In this document: piece by piece, positions 19,000 to 27,852 of the stretch | Numbering within the stretch: position 1 is the first letter of the stretch | Layout: each line of letters begins with the position of its first letter | Source of the DNA: an uncultured Candidatus Binatia bacterium | GTDB lineage: Bacteria > Desulfobacterota > Binatia > Bin18 | Reading direction: 5' to 3' | Length of the DNA stretch: 64,000 nt | Assembly: GCA_965200965.1 (NCBI GenBank) | Contig: OZ241744.1 | Coordinates: forward strand, 2,112,001-2,176,000 | Translations under genes and position numbers: made by a program | The notes under the pieces: generated by a model | What the model saw: only the letters and a program-made list of their open reading frames with translations | What the model was told of the DNA's origin: nothing | The model's database searches: none

Positions 19000-19101
19000 G
19001 GAGGGCTGTCAATCCGTTCGCGGTATGCCACGCTCGTACCATGAAGGAATTGAAGCGCGCAGAGCGTCGTATGAAGGAGGACATGGCGAAGAAGAATCCG
19101 C
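19000..19101 (+). repeat. 102-bp direct repeat copy 2
   Basis: GGAGGGCTGTCAATCCGTT...ATGGCGAAGAAGAATCCGC; ends just before the dndB-like stop. Confidence 0.92.
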
Positions 19102-19118
19102 ACACGGGAGCTTTGAAA

Positions 19119-20534
19119 CTAGGCGGATACCGCGTCACGCATCGCTCTGATTTCCTTCCACATGGCAGCGTGATTATCGCCTTCAGGGAGCGTTCCTAAC
19201 CGCGCTCGCCAGCTCTCCTTCAGTAGACTCTCTTCTTGTTTGTTTGCTTGGCGAATGCCGGTTATCCACCGGAGCAACCGTTCAGTGGTATTCACAGCAT
19301 TCTTTCTGTCCTCGTTCCTCATTGACCATTTCTTCGTGTCAGAAGCAAACACAAGCAACAGGCCACGCCACGGAACATGATGGAGTCTCCAGTCGACCTT
19401 TGCCAACGGGCTCAAAGCCATACGCGCGTCTTCCGAATCAGGTTTCTCGGGGGAAGGCAAACGCGTATCCAACAACGCCCGAGCTATCTGTATCATCACT
19501 TCCTGCCCGATCGGCCAGAAAAGGGCGTTGTCCGCAACCTGTCTGTCTGACCCGTCGGCTTGATGGTTTCTGGCATCGGCGGGGCTCAAGGCCAAGTCGG
19601 GTACCGCAGCAATGAGGGCGTCCCAATAGAGCTTGAGTTCTTCAAACAGTTCATCCAGATATTCTTCTGGAGGTCGAAAGCGCGTGAACTGCTTCACGCT
19701 GCTCTCAAGCTCCGCCTCTGGACCGGGACCCCAGCCTCTAGCGGACCGGTCGGGGGTTGTGAGTAAGACTTGGTTCATGTCGTACAGTTGCTGGAGACTC
19801 GTGAAATGCGAAGTCCCTTCGTGAAGGGATCGTCCTTTGGTCTGCACTCTGACCGATTCCAGGTGTCGCCCCGGCGCTTTGAAAAAGTCGTGAGTGGCGA
19901 TGAGACGGCGGGTCAGGATTGCGAATATATCGTCCTCGTCCATGATGATGTTGGTGTCTCGGTCTGTCGGTTTGGTATACCTGTTGAGGCTGGAGAACAG
20001 ACGCCGGTAGGACACAAGCCACTCTTCTTCAGGTGACTCAGCAGGACGGATCACCATCAGGACCGAGATTTCTTCATTCTCGAAGTCGGGCGGGGGCTCG
20101 ACCCTCTCTGACTCGTCCTCGGGGAGCAAAAGGGTCTTGATTGCTTTTAACCGATGCTGACCATTTAGGGCATAGTAGTTTTGGTCTCCCGAGAACCGCA
20201 ACACACCGAACGACTGCTCGATATTCTCCTCATCGGCAAGGATGGCAAACTGGGGGTCATCGGCCACGCTTACGGGGTAGAATTTCGGCGATCCGCCAAC
20301 TGCGGCGACCACGAGAGACGCAAAGAAGCGATCCGCGCGGCCTTTCAAATAGGTGACGATTTCCTTCTTGACGCGGCTCTCTTTAATCGCCCGCTGAATA
20401 GCCTCGTCAAGCGTATAGTCGTTGTGAACCTGAGAACCGAATTTGACCTCCGCGGCGACCTCCCGCATCCGCATCTTGACGATGTAGTAGGTCCAGTCTC
20501 CCATGTGCGCCTTGATCGCAGGATAGAGTTGCAT
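19119..20534 (-). CDS. DndB-like DGQHR-domain protein (NGQHR variant)
   Basis: YPAIKAHMGDWTYY, AIQRAIKESR, RFFASLVVA, YALNGQHRLKAI, RRLFSSLNRYTKP; AAGGAGG SD. Confidence 0.85.
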   Translation of the reverse strand: MQLYPAIKAHMGDWTYYIVKMRMREVAAEVKFGSQVHNDYTLDEAIQRAIKESRVKKEIVTYLKGRADRFFASLVVAAVGGSPKFYPVSVADDPQFAILADEENIEQSFGVLRFSGDQNYYALNGQHRLKAIKTLLLPEDESERVEPPPDFENEEISVLMVIRPAESPEEEWLVSYRRLFSSLNRYTKPTDRDTNIIMDEDDIFAILTRRLIATHDFFKAPGRHLESVRVQTKGRSLHEGTSHFTSLQQLYDMNQVLLTTPDRSARGWGPGPEAELESSVKQFTRFRPPEEYLDELFEELKLYWDALIAAVPDLALSPADARNHQADGSDRQVADNALFWPIGQEVMIQIARALLDTRLPSPEKPDSEDARMALSPLAKVDWRLHHVPWRGLLLVFASDTKKWSMRNEDRKNAVNTTERLLRWITGIRQANKQEESLLKESWRARLGTLPEGDNHAAMWKEIRAMRDAVSA

Positions 20535-20576
20535 GGAAACCTCCTTATGTGAGAGAGCGTATGTATCTGCGTTGCC

Positions 20577-21530
20577 CTAAGTCGGCTGGTGCGGCGAGTC
20601 GCGCGGGGGTCCGCGAAAGACCTCGCGTGAGTGCCATTTGACGAACTCGGCTTTTGGTTTGAATTCACGACTGCGGGGAGGGCGGAGCGGTGCGCCGTGA
20701 CAATCCCAGAACCAGCGGGTCGCCTCGCTCTCATCGTGGACTTTGGCCGAAATGAGGACCATGAAGCCCCTGGCTGCCGGTATCAGGCCAATCGCGCCCC
20801 GATCAAGCGCCTTGTGATGAATGCTGCATAAGGCTAAGCCGTTCGGAATCTTGTTCGGACCGCCGGCTGAATGCCACTTGATATGCGCGGCCTCCAATCC
20901 GAGCGGTTCGTCTTCCAGGCGAAGATCAAATCCACACACAGAACAGCGACCCTCATAGGCGTTGAGGACATCATGGCGAAAGGTCCGGTCACGCCTGCGG
21001 GCCGGAGGGCGGGGTGTCACGGGGCCATAAAGGCCGGGAGAGTCCCGCACCAGAAACTCGGCGGGGAAGCCGACCGCGGTGCGGATATCATCGTGCAATG
21101 AGTAGGGAAAGTGTTCGTACAGGAGTGCTTGGGCGGCCTGTTGCACGAGTCCCGGATTAGAAATCAATAGATCGTAGATCGGTTCGGGGAAACCGCCTCT
21201 TGCGGCGTTTTTGATGAGCCCGCTTTTGAGCAAGTCGCCTGACGACGTGTCGGGCAATGATTCTCCTCCAGGGACCTCCCAGAGATCGTCATTCCGCAGA
21301 CGCCAGAACGGATGTTCTGGATGGGCGGTTTTGCGGGGCGGCCCGAAGCGCTCCAGCAGAGCGGTCAAGGGGCGTTCAATGTCCTGCTCGTAGTGGGCTA
21401 GGCGCTCCTTTCCCAGAGCGATCCGGCCAAGCGCGAGTAAAACCAGCAGCGGCTTGTGTGGCGCACGCTGCCCACGCCTCCGCCAAAATTTGACTTGGCC
21501 GAGTTTCTGGAGAAATTCGTTGTGTTCCAC
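20577..21530 (-). CDS. Phosphorothioate-DNA-dependent restriction endonuclease (SBD + HNH)
   Basis: N-terminal RAPHKPLLVL and HPFWRLRNDDLWEV (sulfur-binding-domain pattern); C-terminal CSVCG, EAAHIKWH, NGLALCSIHHKALDRG. Confidence 0.88.
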   Translation of the reverse strand: MEHNEFLQKLGQVKFWRRRGQRAPHKPLLVLLALGRIALGKERLAHYEQDIERPLTALLERFGPPRKTAHPEHPFWRLRNDDLWEVPGGESLPDTSSGDLLKSGLIKNAARGGFPEPIYDLLISNPGLVQQAAQALLYEHFPYSLHDDIRTAVGFPAEFLVRDSPGLYGPVTPRPPARRRDRTFRHDVLNAYEGRCSVCGFDLRLEDEPLGLEAAHIKWHSAGGPNKIPNGLALCSIHHKALDRGAIGLIPAARGFMVLISAKVHDESEATRWFWDCHGAPLRPPRSREFKPKAEFVKWHSREVFRGPPRDSPHQPT

Positions 21531-21635
21531 GATGGCGGCTCTGAGGCCGAATTACTTTGCCCCTGGAAAGGGCCGGTCAGATGGGTAAGTGCATTTCCTC
21601 GGAAAAGGTGACACATGGCGATTGCCCAACGCAGG

Positions 21636-21941
21636 TCAGTATCTGCCAAAGGTATAGGATTCCAAGGCGTCAAGCGTGATGCCGAACTCGCTGCGGGGGA
21701 TGCGCAACTCATCGCATAAGCGTCGGATGTTGCTTGGAGCGAGGGGGGTTTGGGGATCGATGTCTTGCAAGGGGGCCATGAGTGTCTGACCATTGAGATC
21801 ACGACAGAGATAGTCCACCTGTGTTGTCCCCCGTGGACCAGAGAGAGACGTTTTCGACGTCCCTCTGGTGACGTGGTACATTCGTGCTACCCGGTCTACG
21901 AACTGGGCAAGCGTTGGCATCGCGTCAAATGGATGAGGCAT
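21636..21941 (-). CDS. Hypothetical protein, HicA-like C-terminus
   Basis: Translationally coupled (TAATG) to the upstream gene; ends LAPSNIRRLCDELRIPRSEF. Confidence 0.5.
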   Translation of the reverse strand: MPHPFDAMPTLAQFVDRVARMYHVTRGTSKTSLSGPRGTTQVDYLCRDLNGQTLMAPLQDIDPQTPLAPSNIRRLCDELRIPRSEFGITLDALESYTFGRY

Positions 21942-22273
21942 TACGCAGCAATCTCATACACCCGGGTCCCGTTCACCTGCACAGGAATACGATCTCCCGC
22001 GGTCATGTGGGGGGGGGTCTTTTCTACCGGGTTGGCCTGTTCAAATTGTCGCCAATACAATGCTGGCGCACGGGGGACGGCCGTCTCAAATGGGGGGAGG
22101 TCCAGTTCCTGTCGAATCACGATCTGCCCAAGCAACACCCGTTGCATTTCGTACAAGGCGTCGTCAATGGTCTTGCCTTGCGCACCGACATCGTACTCGA
22201 GTCCTTGCGCTACCCAGTGCTCTCCTTCCTGGAAGAGGAGCACACGCAGTTCAGTGGCCTCTCCTTTCTCCAT
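21941..22273 (-). CDS. HicB-like antitoxin-fold protein
   Basis: LRVLLFQEGEHWVAQGLEYDVGAQGKTIDDALYEM matches the HicB N-terminal pattern; GAGGAGG SD before ATG 22273. Confidence 0.65.
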   Translation of the reverse strand: MEKGEATELRVLLFQEGEHWVAQGLEYDVGAQGKTIDDALYEMQRVLLGQIVIRQELDLPPFETAVPRAPALYWRQFEQANPVEKTPPHMTAGDRIPVQVNGTRVYEIAA

Positions 22274-22372
22274 ACCATACCTCCTCATGTGAAACAAATG
22301 TGAAAATTGTAGTCCGCTTGCTCCGAGTGTTTCACTACACTGCATTCGCTCTGGCTTGTCAATACGCTGGAA

Positions 22373-22672
22373 GGGGCTGAGGAGCGGCGGCATCCGGGCA
22401 ACGCCAACCTGCGGTTTGAGGGGTTTCAAGCGCAGGATGTTCTGGGCGCACTGCAACCCCGGCTGGCGGCCTCGAGTGGTGCGGCGTGCAGTTCGGGCAT
22501 GCCGGAGCCGTCCCATGTGCTGCGGGCCCTGGGGCTGAGCGCGGCTGAGGCGGAAGCGTCGGTGCGTTTCAGTTTTGGGCGGTTTACCACGGATGAGGAG
22601 CTTGAGCGGGCCGGCGGCCTGGTGGGCAAGGCACTTGATGCGCTGGCCACGGAGGGGGGGAGGAGAAGATAG
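22373..22672 (+). pseudogene. 3' remnant of a cysteine desulfurase (IscS/DndA family)
   Basis: Not in the ORF track. Reads ERRHPGNANLRFEGFQAQDVLGALQPRLAASSGAACSSGMPEPSHVLRALGL...SVRFSFGRFTT...TAG. In-frame stop at 22310-22312, no ATG/GTG/TTG before the homologous part. Confidence 0.88.
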
Positions 22673-22712
22673 CCCGGCTTATGCAAAAGGCGGAGAATTG
22701 GCAGATCGTCTG

Positions 22713-23738
22713 TCACAGTGCGGCAAGCCCGCAGGCCCGGGCAAGCAGTTCATAGGACCGCAGGCGGTCGGCAAAGGCATAGCAGATGGTCACCACACTC
22801 AGGTCGGGGGTCTGGTACTGCTCGGCCAGCCGCTCGAGCCTGGCTTTGACCTGCTCGGGGTCGCCGTCAATAGTGACCCGGCTCTGTTGCTCCAGATAGG
22901 CCCGCTCCTGAGGGCTGTAGGGATAGGCCGCGGCTTCTTCAACCGGCGGCACCCCGGTCCCCCGGCCGCGGATGATGTTGAGGCGGACGAGGTTGCGGCT
23001 CAGGGCCAGGCGGCGGGCGGTTTCTTCGGTCTCGGCACACAAGACCTGGGCGGCGACATTCGCGCGTGGTTCGGCCAAGTGCTCAGAAGGGCGGAACTGA
23101 CGCCGGTAGTGCTCCACAATGGCCGGGCCGTGCTCAACGCCAACGCCGAAGAAATGGGCGTAGCTGAACGGCAGCCCGCGTTCCGCGGCCAGCAGGGCCG
23201 AGTCAATGCCCGAGCCGAGCAGCCACACCTCGGGCAGGCTGGTGGCCGGGCTTGGCCCGGCTTTGACCGCGGCAAAGGGGTGGCCGGGGTCCATTGTGTC
23301 GCCGAGGTAGGAGATGAGATGATCGACCTGTTCGGGAAAATGCTGGATGTCGCGCATCGGCCCGGGATAGGCCAGGGCCGCGGCCGTGCGTTGATCGCTG
23401 CCCGGCGCGCGGCCAATGCCAAGGTCAATCCGACCCGGATACAGGGACTCCAGCAGCCGAAAGGTTTCGGCTACTTTGAGCGCGCTGTAGTGGGACAGCA
23501 TGACCCCACCGCTGCCGACCCGCAGCCGGCTGGTGCGGGCCGCAATCTGGCCGACCATGAGCTCGGGACAGGTGCCGGCAAAGCCGGGCAGGCTGTGGTG
23601 TTCGGCTACCCAGTAACGGCGGTAGCCCAGCGCCTCAACCGCCTGGGCCAGGGCGATGGTTTCGCGCAGCGCGTCTGCCGCGGTTCCGCCTTGGCGGACC
23701 GGCGACTGATCGACAACGCTCAGGCTGAGAGGAGGCAT
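22713..23738 (-). CDS. LLM class flavin-dependent oxidoreductase (luciferase-like)
   Basis: RYWVAEHH, RVGSGGVML, RIDLGIGRAPG, VWLLGSG. Confidence 0.93.
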   Translation of the reverse strand: MPPLSLSVVDQSPVRQGGTAADALRETIALAQAVEALGYRRYWVAEHHSLPGFAGTCPELMVGQIAARTSRLRVGSGGVMLSHYSALKVAETFRLLESLYPGRIDLGIGRAPGSDQRTAAALAYPGPMRDIQHFPEQVDHLISYLGDTMDPGHPFAAVKAGPSPATSLPEVWLLGSGIDSALLAAERGLPFSYAHFFGVGVEHGPAIVEHYRRQFRPSEHLAEPRANVAAQVLCAETEETARRLALSRNLVRLNIIRGRGTGVPPVEEAAAYPYSPQERAYLEQQSRVTIDGDPEQVKARLERLAEQYQTPDLSVVTICYAFADRLRSYELLARACGLAAL

Positions 23739-23766
23739 GGAGGCTCGGGCGCGGCCGGCGGGTGCC

Positions 23767-24144
23767 TCAGGCTCTGGCCCGGGTGCCTTGCCTAGCCGCC
23801 ATCTTTTTCATAAAGCCGAGCTTCAGGCGCAGCTGGCGGCCCAGCCACAGGGCGTTGGCCGAATGGTCGGCCACATCATCGCCCGTCCGGGGATGAATCA
23901 GCACACTCAAGTCCGCGTGGTTCAGCATCAGCCAGGGCACGAGTTGGCCGAACTGGTCGGGGGTGAATGTCACCTGATACATCCACCGCGGATGCGGTCC
24001 GACCGCCTTGCAGTGAAGGCGGCCCAGCTGGACATCAAAGCGCTCGGCGAGGCCGTCGCGTACATGCTCCGCGGCCGGCTGGGTGTCACGGTCAAAATAG
24101 ACATGGACGTGATAGTTTGTGATGGTGGACGACTCTGTTGGCAT
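23767..24144 (-). CDS. DOPA 4,5-dioxygenase family protein
   Basis: YHVHVYFD, VGPHP, WLMLNH, SVLIHPRTG, DH..ALWLG; likely ATG at 24144. Confidence 0.9.
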   Translation of the reverse strand: MPTESSTITNYHVHVYFDRDTQPAAEHVRDGLAERFDVQLGRLHCKAVGPHPRWMYQVTFTPDQFGQLVPWLMLNHADLSVLIHPRTGDDVADHSANALWLGRQLRLKLGFMKKMAARQGTRARA

Positions 24145-24160
24145 TGCGCAGCCCCGCGTG

Positions 24161-24430
24161 TCACTCAACCCAGCCGTGCTGGAGGGTATGCACCGTGCCC
24201 GGTGGATACCACCATTCTCCACGCCTGCACAGCGGACACCGCCTCGGCATCCCGCCGCCGGTGTATTCCGGCACGCCGACCAGGGATTTGACCGACCCGG
24301 AAAAGCGTCCGCCCCGTTGGACTTTTCTGGTCAGCATATACAGACCCATCCCGCACTCCGGGCAGGACAGAATCGTCCCCGAATGCAGGGCGGATACGAA
24401 GGTAATCTCGTCAGGTGCAGGGCGAGGCAT
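24161..24430 (-). CDS. Small putative Zn-binding protein
   Basis: CPEC and CPLC pairs; GGGGGAG SD-like sequence upstream. Confidence 0.55.
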   Translation of the reverse strand: MPRPAPDEITFVSALHSGTILSCPECGMGLYMLTRKVQRGGRFSGSVKSLVGVPEYTGGGMPRRCPLCRRGEWWYPPGTVHTLQHGWVE

Positions 24431-24520
24431 GGTCTCCCCCCTTTGCGGCCCGGTCCCTGAAAGCGGTCTCCCCGGGGATAGCAGACATCAGCGCTGCCCC
24501 GCAAGATGTCAGCGCGGATG

Positions 24521-25753
24521 TCAGCGCCGCTGCTGCTGTCGCGCGGCCTGCATCCGCGCGGCGAACTCGGCCGGTTTCATAATCAGCGAGCCGGGTGCGC
24601 TGTCCCGCTCGTGCTGGTGCTGTTCGTGGTAGTGGACGGCGATGCTCTGACGGACAAGCTCCTCACAGAAGGGGATACCCTTGCCGCGGTCCTGTTTGAG
24701 GGCCAGCGAGACGGCCAGGGCGCGTTTGGCGCTGTCCAGCTGGGAGCGGGCGGCCAGGTGAAAGGCGGTCTCTTCCAGGCGTCGGGCATAGGCGCGGGCG
24801 CTCTCCCCGCTGAACAGCTCGGCGACAACGGTGTCAACAATGCCCTGGGCCCGGTCCTGCTGCTGATACTTGTTGAGGACAAGGAGGCTGTCCTGGGCCT
24901 GGGTCAGTTGCTCAACATAGGGCCGGGCCTGGTCCTGGTCGAGCAGCCAGCGTTGGAGTTCGTGCTCCTCGAACAGCTGGCTTGAGGTGGTGAGCCAGCT
25001 GTCATCCGCGGCAATCGCCGCGGGGTCAAGGCTGTCGGGCAGGGGCACCGGGCAGGGCGCGGCAGGGCCGGAGAGCAGGTGTGAACGCAGGGCCGGATAG
25101 GTCTCAATGGACTGGTGTCCGGTCTGGCCGCCGGCCGCGGGTGTGGCCAGGGTCCGCTCATAGCCCTCGGACATGAGAAAGTCACAGTAGCGCCAGGGGG
25201 CATCAACCAACGCAATCTGATAGCGCTGGGCGAGGTCCTGACGGGCCAGCCTGATGCCCTGGCGGTTGACTTCGGTAGCCTCAATCCGGCGCATCCCCTC
25301 GGGCTCGTTGATCAGGGCTGACAGGTAGTGCAGGCCGCCGCCAAGACGCGGCTTGACCAGCCATACCAGGCGGTCTCCCCGGCCGTCTATGGACGACAGA
25401 TAGCCCTCCGGCTCAATCGGGGTCAGGACGGATTTGCCCGGCCCCCGGTCGGGCCGCTCAACCGGGACGCCTTTTTGCGAGAGTTTATACAGCGAGCGGT
25501 GGATGGCCCGCCGCAGGGCCTTGTCCGGCTTATCGGCCCTGGCCTCCCAGTCGAGCAGCAGCCGGGCGGCCTCGGGGACGGCATGATCCCCGAGCAGCGT
25601 GACCAGGGCCAGATCAGCCCCAGGGTCCCGCCCCAGGCGGGCTTGCAGCTCGTCGAGCGACACGCTCTTGTCCCGGAGCCGGGCCAGACTGATCCCCCAT
25701 GTGTCTATCATCTGCTTGCCCGCGGCCAAGCGTGGGTCGGCTTTTTTTGCCAT
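24521..25753 (-). CDS. Hypothetical protein
   Basis: 410-aa ORF with GGAGG SD and host-like codon usage; no motif recognised. Confidence 0.75.
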   Translation of the reverse strand: MAKKADPRLAAGKQMIDTWGISLARLRDKSVSLDELQARLGRDPGADLALVTLLGDHAVPEAARLLLDWEARADKPDKALRRAIHRSLYKLSQKGVPVERPDRGPGKSVLTPIEPEGYLSSIDGRGDRLVWLVKPRLGGGLHYLSALINEPEGMRRIEATEVNRQGIRLARQDLAQRYQIALVDAPWRYCDFLMSEGYERTLATPAAGGQTGHQSIETYPALRSHLLSGPAAPCPVPLPDSLDPAAIAADDSWLTTSSQLFEEHELQRWLLDQDQARPYVEQLTQAQDSLLVLNKYQQQDRAQGIVDTVVAELFSGESARAYARRLEETAFHLAARSQLDSAKRALAVSLALKQDRGKGIPFCEELVRQSIAVHYHEQHQHERDSAPGSLIMKPAEFAARMQAARQQQRR

Positions 25754-25897
25754 ACGTCCCTCCAGAGGACAACGGGAGCACCTTAGCCAGCCGCCTTTGC
25801 GTGTGTCAATGGCCGGACCTGGCCGCGGCCGGCCATTCCTGATAACGGGGACCTGTCTTGAAGATCACGCCGCCCAACTGCTAAAGAGAAGTCAGCC

Positions 25898-27046
25898 ATG
25901 CGTTTCTGTCCCCAATGTGGCGTCCAGACCGTGCCCCAGGCGCGTTTTTGTACCGAGTGTGGCGTGGCGCTGTCGGACGGCAAACAGGCACCGGGTGCAA
26001 GGGGTGCCGCGCCGGCCCCGCCGCCAGTGCCCCGCCAGTCCCTGCGTGCCGGGCTGGTCGTACTGTCGCTCTATCTCGCCGTCGGCATTGGCCTGTGGGT
26101 CTTTGTGCTGCGCTCGCAGCCCTTCCCGGTGGTGGCTGTTGCCGACGGCCCGGCCAGCTCGGGCGGCTCGCCGGCCCTGCCCCAGGATCACCCGCCCATC
26201 AGCATTCCCGAGGATGTGAAACAGCGCATTGTCACCCTTGTCAATGAGGCCAACGCCACGCCCGATTCTGCCGAGACCTGGCGTCGCCTGGCCGAAGTCC
26301 AGTTTCGGGCTTCCCAGCTTGAGGCCAGCTATCGGAGCGCGGCCCTGTCCTCGTATCAACACCTGCTTGCGCTGGTCCCCGATGACCCGGACGCGCTGCG
26401 CGGCATCGGCAATGTGTATTACGACTTTGAGGAGCATAGCAAGGCCATTGACTACTATGAGCGCTATCTGGCGCTGCGACCGGATGACAAAAACGTCCGC
26501 ACCGACCTGGGGACGATGTACCTGTACACACACCAGGCAGACCGGGCCGTTGCCGAATACCGGGCGGTGCTTGCCAAAAACCCGGACTTCTTTCAGGCCC
26601 ATTTCAACCTCGGCATTGCCTACCGGGAAAAGGCCGATTTTGCGCGGGCACGCACCAGCCTTGAGCGGGCCAGAGCCCTGACCGATGACGAGCGTATCCG
26701 GGCACGGGTGGACCGTGTGTTGGCCCAACTCCGCGGGGGCCGGCCGCAGACCCGGCCGCGCACGGCGTTTCAACGCGCGGTTGAACAGATCTTTCACTCG
26801 CACGACATCATGGGCTCAAAGGTTGCCCGGATTGAGTGGCCGGCCCCGGCCGGGGCCAAGGTCTATCTGCAAAACTTTCCGATCCAGGGGATGCCCCCGG
26901 ATGTGCGCGAGCGTTTTCTGGCCAAGCTGCGGATCCAGATCGGGCTGGCCGGAAAGAGCAATAATATCGACGCCAGCGTCAGGGTTGAGCTGATTGACGC
27001 TGATACCCGCAGTGTCATGGAAACACTGCACACGGAAACATCATGA
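25898..27046 (+). CDS. Zinc-ribbon, membrane-anchored TPR protein
   Basis: FCPQCG...FCTECG, one TM helix, LPQDHPP, several TPR repeats. Confidence 0.85.
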   Translation: MRFCPQCGVQTVPQARFCTECGVALSDGKQAPGARGAAPAPPPVPRQSLRAGLVVLSLYLAVGIGLWVFVLRSQPFPVVAVADGPASSGGSPALPQDHPPISIPEDVKQRIVTLVNEANATPDSAETWRRLAEVQFRASQLEASYRSAALSSYQHLLALVPDDPDALRGIGNVYYDFEEHSKAIDYYERYLALRPDDKNVRTDLGTMYLYTHQADRAVAEYRAVLAKNPDFFQAHFNLGIAYREKADFARARTSLERARALTDDERIRARVDRVLAQLRGGRPQTRPRTAFQRAVEQIFHSHDIMGSKVARIEWPAPAGAKVYLQNFPIQGMPPDVRERFLAKLRIQIGLAGKSNNIDASVRVELIDADTRSVMETLHTETS

Positions 27047-27852
27047 CCAACGGACAGGCTCCCTTCTATCTGCCTATTGGCGATGAGGTTGAGATCTTTC
27101 GGGCGGCCTATGCGTGTCGTCTCCCGGTCCTGCTCAAAGGGCCGACCGGCTGCGGCAAGACGCGCTTTGTCGAGTATATGGCCCACCTGTTGATGCGGGA
27201 AGAAAAAGAAGAGGTGCCGGGCAATCTCATCACCGTGGCCTGCCACGAAGACCTGACCGGCAGCGACCTCGTCGGACGCTATCTTATTCAGGGTGACGAA
27301 ACCGTCTGGATTGACGGGCCGCTGACCCAGGCCGTGCGGCTCGGCACGGTGTGTTATCTGGACGAAATTGTCGAAGCCCGCAAAGATACGATTGTGCTGA
27401 TCCACCCGCTGACCGATCACCGTCGAATCCTGCCGATTGATAAAAAGGGGGAAATTCAAGCGGCACACCCTGATTTTCTGCTGGTCATCTCGTATAATCC
27501 GGGCTATCAGAGCATCCTCAAGGACCTCAAGCACTCCACCCGTCAGCGCTTTGTCACCGTCGAGTTCAGCTACCCGCCGCGCGATAAAGAGGCCGAGGTG
27601 ATTGCCCATGAGAGCGCTCTGGCGCTGGAAACCGCCCTCGATTTAGCCCGCCTTGGCGAGAAGGTGCGTTCCCTCAAGGCCAGCGGTCTGGAAGAGGGGG
27701 TCAGCACCCGCCTGCTCATCTATGCCGGACACCTGATGCGCCAGGGGGTCCCGGCCCGGCGGGCGTGTTCGGTGGCGGTGTCGCGCTCGCTGACCGATGA
27801 CCTGGACTCGCAGCGGGCCATTGATGAAGTCATCAAGGCCATTTTTCCTTGA
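27043..27852 (+). CDS. CbbQ/NirQ/NorQ/GpvN family AAA+ ATPase
   Basis: [41 protein letters not shown]. Confidence 0.93.
   Translation: MTNGQAPFYLPIGDEVEIFRAAYACRLPVLLKGPTGCGKTRFVEYMAHLLMREEKEEVPGNLITVACHEDLTGSDLVGRYLIQGDETVWIDGPLTQAVRLGTVCYLDEIVEARKDTIVLIHPLTDHRRILPIDKKGEIQAAHPDFLLVISYNPGYQSILKDLKHSTRQRFVTVEFSYPPRDKEAEVIAHESALALETALDLARLGEKVRSLKASGLEEGVSTRLLIYAGHLMRQGVPARRACSVAVSRSLTDDLDSQRAIDEVIKAIFP

Noticed and set aside
20655-20680. Resemblance of the mini-CRISPR spacer to the HNH gene (GTTTGAATTCACGACTGCGGGG)
   Set aside because: It needs two gaps plus mismatches and covers only part of the spacer, so it is compatible with chance.
17630-22672. Classical integron cassette array
   Set aside because: No intI gene, no recognisable attC sites with RYYYAAC/GTTRRRY ends, and mixed gene orientations.
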